From contig NC_017262.1 in the NCBI RefSeq assembly GCF_000175255.2, forward strand, positions 1,710,001 to 1,742,000: a DNA stretch of 32,000 nt, in the 5' to 3' direction. Both the position numbers and the translations under genes were made by a program. Of this stretch, positions 25,918 through 32,000 are shown piece by piece (the first letter of the stretch is position 1; the number at the start of each line of letters is the position of its first letter). A model generated the notes under the pieces. The model saw only the letters and a program-made list of their open reading frames with translations, was not told the DNA's origin and made no database searches. This stretch comes from Zymomonas mobilis subsp. mobilis ATCC 10988. Lineage in GTDB: Bacteria > Pseudomonadota > Alphaproteobacteria > Sphingomonadales > Sphingomonadaceae.

Positions 25918-27432
25918 ATGGTTACTTGTGTCGCCAGCCTGGCTTTTTTAGGGATGGAAGCCCGCCCAATAGAAGTTCAGGTTCAACTTTCTTCCGGTGT
26001 TCCTGCGTTTACCGTTGTCGGCTTACCCGACAAAGCCGTTTCCGAAAGCCGTGAAAGGGTGAGGGCGGCGTTATCCGCCATCGGATTGGCGCTGCCTCCC
26101 AAAAGAATTACGGTGAATCTATCTCCGGCCGACCTTCCCAAAGAAGGCTCACATTATGATTTGCCGATTGCTTTAGGGTTATTGGGGGCGATGGGCGTGT
26201 TGGATAATGAGACCTTAAGTCAATATGTCGTTTTGGGGGAATTGGGATTGGATGGGCGTTTAATGGCCTCACCGGGCGCGTTACCTGCCGCTATTCATGC
26301 CGCCTCTTGCCAATCCGGTTTGATTTGCGCCGAAGCCTTGGGCGCCGAAGCTGCATGGTCAGGATTAGATGAAATTATCGCCGCCCCCGATCTTTTGTTA
26401 TTGATCCAACATTTGAAAGGGAAAGTCGCTCTTCCCCAGCCCAAAGCTGATATTGTGGAAATCGCTTTTAATGGGCCTGATCTCGCTTCGGTCAAAGGGC
26501 AGGAACAAGCCAGACGCGCTTTGGAAATTGCGGCTGCTGGTGGGCATAATATGCTGATGTGTGGGTCTCCGGGAGCCGGTAAGTCATTATTGGCAGCCTG
26601 CCTTCCGGGTATCTTGCCGCCGCTTAGTAATCGCGAAGCCTTGGAGGTTTCGATGATTGCCTCTGTCTCAGGGATGCTGCCGCAAGGCGGCCTTATTCAG
26701 CAAAGACCTTTCCGCGCCCCGCATCACTCGGCTTCGATGGCGGCTTTGATCGGGGGTGGCCAGCATATCAAACCCGGCGAAGTGACTTTGGCGCATCTTG
26801 GCGTTTTGTTTTTAGATGAATTGCCGGAATTCAAAAGGCCAGTGCTCGATTCTTTGCGGCAACCTTTGGAAAATGGTGAGGTTTCCATTGCCCGCGCTCA
26901 TGCCCATATTCGTTTTCCGGCAAGGGTTCAGCTTATCGCTGCGATGAATCCTTGCCGTTGTGGTCACTTGGATGATGCAGCCTTGGCTTGTAGTCGCGCC
27001 CCGAAATGCGCCGCCGAATATCAAAATAAAATTTCTGGGCCTCTCTTAGATCGTATCGACATCCATATTGATATGCCCCCTGTCGGGGCGCATGAACTTA
27101 TGCTTCCCGAAGGCGAATCTTCCGCGACCGTCAAAGCCCGCGTGATGGCCGCCCGTCATATTCAGTCTCAGCGTTATCAAGATTATAAAGATGGGACTAT
27201 TCGCTGTAATGCCGAAGCGGACGGAGCCTTGATTGAAAAACTAACCCCTATGGATGATGCAGCGCGTAAAATTCTGATGACCGCCGTAGAAAAGATGCAC
27301 CTTTCTGCTCGTGCTTATTATCGCCTGTTAAAAGTCGCCCGTACGATCGCTGATCTGGATAGGGCTGAAACATTAAACCAGATTCATATATCGGAAGCCT
27401 TAAGCTACCGTCATCGTCAGCCCGTCGCCTAA
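25918..27432 (+). CDS. comM: YifB/ComM family Mg-chelatase-like AAA+ ATPase
   Basis: 504-aa ORF. N-terminal Lon-protease-like domain (AFLGMEARPIEVQV...), Walker A GSPGAGKS, Walker B LFLDELPEF, and a C-terminal Mg-chelatase subunit ChlI-like domain. Confidence 0.92.
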   Translation: MVTCVASLAFLGMEARPIEVQVQLSSGVPAFTVVGLPDKAVSESRERVRAALSAIGLALPPKRITVNLSPADLPKEGSHYDLPIALGLLGAMGVLDNETLSQYVVLGELGLDGRLMASPGALPAAIHAASCQSGLICAEALGAEAAWSGLDEIIAAPDLLLLIQHLKGKVALPQPKADIVEIAFNGPDLASVKGQEQARRALEIAAAGGHNMLMCGSPGAGKSLLAACLPGILPPLSNREALEVSMIASVSGMLPQGGLIQQRPFRAPHHSASMAALIGGGQHIKPGEVTLAHLGVLFLDELPEFKRPVLDSLRQPLENGEVSIARAHAHIRFPARVQLIAAMNPCRCGHLDDAALACSRAPKCAAEYQNKISGPLLDRIDIHIDMPPVGAHELMLPEGESSATVKARVMAARHIQSQRYQDYKDGTIRCNAEADGALIEKLTPMDDAARKILMTAVEKMHLSARAYYRLLKVARTIADLDRAETLNQIHISEALSYRHRQPVA

Positions 27433-27435
27433 AAT

Positions 27436-27489
27436 CAAAAAAGCCCTTTGAAACACCGCTAACGCATCGGGTCTCAAAAGGCTTTTTTA
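27436..27489. terminator. Bidirectional rho-independent terminator between convergent comM and rpoD
   Basis: Arms 27441-27454 and 27471-27484 pair at 12 of 14 positions. They are flanked by the A-rich run AAAATCAAAAAA on the left and TTTTTT on the right, so a U-tract follows the stem on both strands. Confidence 0.6.
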
Positions 27490-27516
27490 CAGATAAAGCG
27501 CTAAAGGCTGTTTTCT

Positions 27517-29532
27517 CTAGTGGTCGAGGAAGCTCCGCATCTTCCGTGAACGAGAAGGATGTTTCAGTTTCCGAAGCGCTTTTGCTTCGATCTGACGAAT
27601 ACGTTCGCGGGTAACCGAGAATTGCTGCCCGACTTCTTCCAAAGTATGATCGGTATTCATCCCGATACCAAAGCGCATCCGCAAAACACGTTCTTCACGC
27701 GGGGTCAGGCTGGCCAAGACACGGGTGACCGTTTCTTTCAAATTGGCCTGAATAGCGGCATCGACCGGAATAATGGCGTTTTTATCTTCGATAAAGTCAC
27801 CGAGATGGCTGTCTTCTTCATCACCAATAGGCGTTTCGAGACTGATCGGCTCTTTCGCGATTTTCATAACCTTGCGTACTTTTTCAAGCGGCATGGAAAG
27901 ACGCTCAGCTAATTCTTCCGGCGTCGGTTCGCGACCGATTTCATGCAAGATTTGGCGACTTGTCCGAACCAGCTTGTTGATCGTTTCGATCATATGCACT
28001 GGAATACGGATGGTTCTTGCCTGATCGGCAATAGAACGGGTGATCGCCTGACGAATCCACCAAGTGGCGTAGGTCGAGAATTTATAACCGCGACGATATT
28101 CAAATTTATCGACCGCCTTCATCAAACCGATATTGCCTTCCTGAATAAGATCAAGGAACTGCAAACCGCGATTGGTGTATTTTTTGGCAATAGAGATAAC
28201 CAAACGCAGATTGGCTTCAACCATTTCGGTTTTAGCGATGCGGGCTTCTCTTTCGCCTTTTTGCACCATGGTCACAATACGACGTAATTCTTTTAACGTC
28301 ATACCGGTGACTTGGGCGATTTCGGCTACTTCCGACCGGATGCGTTCGATGCTTTCGGCTTCACTCGTCGTGAAGTTAGCCCATTTTTTGTCGATTTTTG
28401 AAACGCGTTCGACCCAGCCTTCTTCCATTTCATTGCCCAAATAGGCATTGAGGAAAGAATCACGCGGCACTTTATAACGTTCTGCCAGACGCAACATCTG
28501 ACCATTCAGCGTTCTAAGACGGCTGTTATAGTTATAAAGCTGTTCAACCAAAAATTCGATACGAGCGTTATGGAATTTGACGCTTTCAACTTCTGCGGTC
28601 AGCTCTTCTCTAAGCTGCTGATAGGCGTTTTCCTGATCCTCTGGAAATTCTTCATTCGCGCCTAAAGCCCGCATCCGTGCATTCTGAAGAACCGAGAATT
28701 GGCGGTAAAGATCAGCAATTTTGGCAAATTTTTCTAAAGAAGCCGGCTTAAGCTGTTCTTCCATTTGCGCCAGAGACAAGGTGTTTTCATCTTCCTCGTC
28801 CATATTCTCACGCTGGATGCGCTGACCGTTTTCGTCTAGCTCGCCTTCGCTGTCATCATCTTCATCATCATCTTCTTTGAAGGTCGGGCCCGCATTCCGC
28901 TCGGAAATTTCGTTGTCGTTATCATCGCCGTCTTCCTCGAATTGATCGGGGGAGGGGCCTTGGGTCAACATCGCATCCAGATCAATGATTTCACGCAATT
29001 GTAGCGTGCCTTCATTCAGAGCATTCGACCATTCGATAATGTTGTCAAAAGTAATCGGGCTTTCGCAAAGCCCTAAAATCATGGTGTCGCGACCGGCTTC
29101 GATCCGCTTGGCGATCGCAATTTCACCTTCACGGCTCAAAAGCTCGACCGCACCCATTTCGCGGAGATACATACGCACCGGATCATCTGTCCGGTCGGAT
29201 GTTTCTTTCTTGGTCGTAATGGCCGGAGCCGGAGAAGTGCCACCGTCGCCCTGAAGCTCTTCGGCTGCGTCTTCTTCTTCCTGCTGACCATCCTCGCCGC
29301 TATCTTCATTTTCGACGATATTGATGCCCATTTCCGAAAGGGCAGACATAATATCTTCGATCTGTTCCGAAGACATCTGGTCCTGTGGAAGAGCTTCATT
29401 CAGCTGGTCATAGGTTACATATCCGCGCTTTTTGGCTTGCGTTATGAATTTACGGATCGACGTTTCATTCAAATCGATCAGCGGCGCATCACCGGCATTT
29501 TTTTTCGCTTCAGCCGTAGTCGTCTCTGCCAT
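27517..29532 (-). CDS. rpoD: RNA polymerase primary sigma factor RpoD (sigma-70)
   Basis: 671-aa ORF. Region 1.1, an acidic non-conserved spacer, regions 1.2 and 2 (...[12 protein letters not shown]...), region 3 and region 4 (...[30 protein letters not shown]). Confidence 0.97.
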   Translation of the reverse strand: MAETTTAEAKKNAGDAPLIDLNETSIRKFITQAKKRGYVTYDQLNEALPQDQMSSEQIEDIMSALSEMGINIVENEDSGEDGQQEEEDAAEELQGDGGTSPAPAITTKKETSDRTDDPVRMYLREMGAVELLSREGEIAIAKRIEAGRDTMILGLCESPITFDNIIEWSNALNEGTLQLREIIDLDAMLTQGPSPDQFEEDGDDNDNEISERNAGPTFKEDDDEDDDSEGELDENGQRIQRENMDEEDENTLSLAQMEEQLKPASLEKFAKIADLYRQFSVLQNARMRALGANEEFPEDQENAYQQLREELTAEVESVKFHNARIEFLVEQLYNYNSRLRTLNGQMLRLAERYKVPRDSFLNAYLGNEMEEGWVERVSKIDKKWANFTTSEAESIERIRSEVAEIAQVTGMTLKELRRIVTMVQKGEREARIAKTEMVEANLRLVISIAKKYTNRGLQFLDLIQEGNIGLMKAVDKFEYRRGYKFSTYATWWIRQAITRSIADQARTIRIPVHMIETINKLVRTSRQILHEIGREPTPEELAERLSMPLEKVRKVMKIAKEPISLETPIGDEEDSHLGDFIEDKNAIIPVDAAIQANLKETVTRVLASLTPREERVLRMRFGIGMNTDHTLEEVGQQFSVTRERIRQIEAKALRKLKHPSRSRKMRSFLDH

Positions 29533-31419
29533 CTAGCCTTCATCCACCCTTGTTCTAAGCTCGAACTCCATGCCGAGCATATAACGTCGTTCCTGAAAAT
29601 CAGCACGGCGTTTACGGTGTAACGCCTGCGCTGCCTCAAACTTTGCATAATCAGCTATCAGGCGTTCTTCTGTGAATACCTGCTTAAGCTGTTGTTCTTC
29701 AGTTGCTAATTCTCTCTCTTCAACCACGAGATCAATGAGAGCAACTAAACTTTCAATCGCTAAATCCGGCGCAATATCAGGCCGTGTAAAAGGAAAGCGT
29801 AAATCTTTTTTTATGTCCCATGTGTCAATGTCCACATTGGCGTCAGCTTTCAATATGGCTTTGATTGTGTCTCTATCAAGATCTGGTTCACTAATGACGG
29901 CTGTTATCAGCGTCTCGCGCCATTTTTTCAGCTTGGGATCGGTAACCGCCAGCTCTGCCAGTCTTTCCAGTCGCTGCTTTATCGCTTCGGGATAGAGGCT
30001 AAGTCCAATTAAAATCTGGCGGCTATATTGGCATTCAAGATCAGAAATAGTCGGCGTGGGAAGATCAGATAGCGTGACCGTCGCTGCTATTGTAGTCTGA
30101 CTGTCCTGCTGTTTTTTACTTTTCCACCCGAAATTCTCGTAGAAGAGATTTTTAAAATTGCTGCGATAACCACGGGCAATAAATTCATCACGGCAGGAGG
30201 CTGCTAATTCGTCCAGTCTTTTGGATAAAGCGGCACGCCCTTCTGGTGACCGCGGATCAATCTGGGAAGCTTCAAAGCGGTATAATAACCGATCAAGAGC
30301 AATCGGGCGGGATAAAACCTCTTCAAAAGCAGATTTTCCCTGTTCCTTGACCAAGTCATCAGGGTCTTTCCCATTGGGCAGGGTCACAAAAGACAGGGTC
30401 TTACCGGGGCGCGCCTGAACAAGGGCGCGTTCAGCCGCTCTGACAGCGGCTTTCTGTCCGGCTGAATCGCCATCAAAACAAAGAATCGGCTTGTCTTCTA
30501 TCCGCCACAGCCGTTCAATCTGATGTTCGGTTAAGGCCGTTCCCAATGGGGCAACCGCTTCGTGAATACCCGCTTGCGCTAGACCGATAACATCCAGATA
30601 GCCTTCGACAACGATAATCCGATTTTGTCGTCTCGCCGCCTGACTGGCCTTATCAATATTGTAAAGCGTGCGTCCTTTATCGAAAAGAGGCGTTTCAGGC
30701 GAATTGAGATATTTCGGGCTGTTATCGGGAAGGCTATTGCCACCCTCTATAGACTCCAGCCGCCGACCACCAAAGGCAATAACACGTCCGCGTTGGTCTT
30801 TAATCGGAATCATCAGCCGTCCGCGGAACCGGTCATAGGGATCTCGCCCTTCAACCGATATCAACAATCCAACTTCAATCAGCTTTTCAACGGCATGATG
30901 GGATAAGGCATTTTTCAACCGTCCCCGTCCATTTGGGGCAAAGCCGAGACCAAAATTTTGGGCGATGGCAGGCGAGATGCCTCTGTTATCGAGATAACGG
31001 CGCACTTCAGCGCCTTCGATACCGTGCAGCTGTTCAGAAAACCATTTCGCCGCTTCTGCCATAATATCATGCAGGGTTGCCGTTCTTTTGGCCTGTCTGA
31101 CCGCCGCCGGATTGGCTTCGGGAATATCCATACCCGCTTGGCCTGCCAATTCACGCACCGCATCCATAAAGGATAGGCCGCGCGTTTCGGTCACAAAGCG
31201 GATAGCATCGCCATGCGCACCACAGCCAAAGCAATGATAAAAACCCTTTTCATCATTGACGTAAAAGCTGGGCGTTTTCTCATTATGGAAGGGGCAACAG
31301 GCACGAAATTCCCGTCCGGCGCGGGTCAGCTTTACCGTCCGCCCAATCAGCGACGAAAGCGTAATGCGCTGGCGCAATTCATCCAGAAATTCAGGAGGAA
31401 GGAAGTGGCCGGTGGTCAT
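29533..31419 (-). CDS. dnaG: DNA primase DnaG
   Basis: 628-aa ORF. Zinc-ribbon CPFHNEKTPSF...CFGCGAHGD, RNA polymerase/TOPRIM core (EGYLDVIGL, DGDSAGQKAA) and a C-terminal DnaB-interaction region. Its TAG stop directly abuts the rpoD ATG. Confidence 0.95.
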   Translation of the reverse strand: MTTGHFLPPEFLDELRQRITLSSLIGRTVKLTRAGREFRACCPFHNEKTPSFYVNDEKGFYHCFGCGAHGDAIRFVTETRGLSFMDAVRELAGQAGMDIPEANPAAVRQAKRTATLHDIMAEAAKWFSEQLHGIEGAEVRRYLDNRGISPAIAQNFGLGFAPNGRGRLKNALSHHAVEKLIEVGLLISVEGRDPYDRFRGRLMIPIKDQRGRVIAFGGRRLESIEGGNSLPDNSPKYLNSPETPLFDKGRTLYNIDKASQAARRQNRIIVVEGYLDVIGLAQAGIHEAVAPLGTALTEHQIERLWRIEDKPILCFDGDSAGQKAAVRAAERALVQARPGKTLSFVTLPNGKDPDDLVKEQGKSAFEEVLSRPIALDRLLYRFEASQIDPRSPEGRAALSKRLDELAASCRDEFIARGYRSNFKNLFYENFGWKSKKQQDSQTTIAATVTLSDLPTPTISDLECQYSRQILIGLSLYPEAIKQRLERLAELAVTDPKLKKWRETLITAVISEPDLDRDTIKAILKADANVDIDTWDIKKDLRFPFTRPDIAPDLAIESLVALIDLVVEERELATEEQQLKQVFTEERLIADYAKFEAAQALHRKRRADFQERRYMLGMEFELRTRVDEG

Positions 31420-31935
31420 TATTGTCCCATGAGACCATAAAAAAGACGGAAGGGCAGAAAAGCACTAAGGCTCTCTGCGCGGAAAAGCGATAAAACCAAA
31501 TTTTTTTGTAGAACGGGTATCTGACTTTTATACTGCCCAGACGGGTATATCTGTTTTTGTTCATCGCGCCCTTGGTTCAGGGACAACTTCCCGCAAAGCA
31601 GAGGCGGTATCAGAACAAAAAAGGAGCAGCTATAAAGAAGATATCGAATCACCCGATAATTATACCTGTTTAGCAAGAAAGTCGGGCTTTATCCAGTTGA
31701 AAAGCATTTCTCTTCCAACAGACTGAAAGATAAAAAGCGCATTTTGCGGATTTTTTGACCTTGATCGCTCTTCCGGCGGTTTTTTATCAGAAGAGAAGTG
31801 CCGGCCTTTCCAATCTAAATAGAATTTTCAGTAATAATCCTATTCTTTCAAAGCCTTAAATAGATATGCCTCTTGCCTAATTATACGTGTTTTTCTATCG
31901 ACGGTTTTCTTACATCATTTTGAGGAGGTAAAAAG

Positions 31936-32000
31936 ATGTCAGACTTCAATTTAAAAAACGAAAAATCGAATAAAATAGGCAGAATAGCCATTGTTTTTCT
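31936..32000 (+). CDS. 5' end of an unidentified CDS (runs off the window)
   Basis: The ATG at 31936 is preceded by a strong SD (TGAGGAGGT) at about 7 nt. It reads MSDFNLKNEKSNKIGRIAIVF and stays open to the window edge. It is too short to identify. Confidence 0.5.
   Translation, partial: MSDFNLKNEKSNKIGRIAIVF

Noticed and set aside
27559-28444. Plus-strand ORFs of 83-117 aa inside rpoD, with similar antisense ORFs inside tyrS (6288-6647), murJ (11815-12168), dapE (16676-17116) and dnaG (29672-29995)
   Set aside because: They are fully antisense to well-supported genes, have no SD or start context and no recognisable motifs. Such ORFs are typical shadow frames of real genes.
31419-31676. 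85-aa minus-strand ORF immediately upstream of dnaG
   Set aside because: It has a non-ATG start, no SD and an odd composition, and it ends overlapping the dnaG ATG. It is most likely a chance ORF in the leader.
1-32000. CRISPR arrays, IS elements or transposases, prophage genes, toxin-antitoxin or defence systems
   Set aside because: I looked for regularly spaced repeats, terminal inverted repeats and characteristic protein motifs on both strands and recognised none. Virtually all ORFs are identifiable housekeeping genes.

Overview
This window reads as a core-chromosome segment of a moderate-GC alphaproteobacterium. The synteny is typical of the class: secB / Tim44-like / mltA / smr, murJ-trpS, tyrS<>anmK, mfd<>recG, rpmH-rnpA-yidD-yidC-engB, and dnaG-rpoD. 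The protein sequences look Sphingomonadales- or Zymomonas-like, but I cannot verify this without a database search. About 30 protein genes, one tRNA-Lys and several clear intrinsic terminators account for nearly all of the sequence. I saw no CRISPR array, IS element, transposase, integrase, prophage, toxin-antitoxin pair or defence-island signature, and I do not think a large novel multi-gene system is hidden here. The only accessory-looking module is a translationally coupled four-gene iron-siderophore operon at 18079-22503: a FhuA-like TonB-dependent receptor, two tiny uncharacterised membrane proteins, and a PepSY/FoxB-like putative reductase. It sits behind a very AT-rich control region with a Fur-box-like site. 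The observations most worth a second look are: (1) rpmH (L34, missed by the ORF track) lies entirely inside the only canonically startable rnpA reading frame, in another frame, an arrangement reported for Thermus. (2) A strand-specific terminator-like hairpin sits just upstream of rpmH. (3) A lipoprotein carries a roughly 45-residue Gly/Trp repeat insertion. (4) A small DUF2628-like membrane-protein frame has no in-frame canonical start, but has an ATG one nucleotide out of frame on a G_GGA_AAA heptamer. All family assignments come from motif recognition by eye, not from searches.
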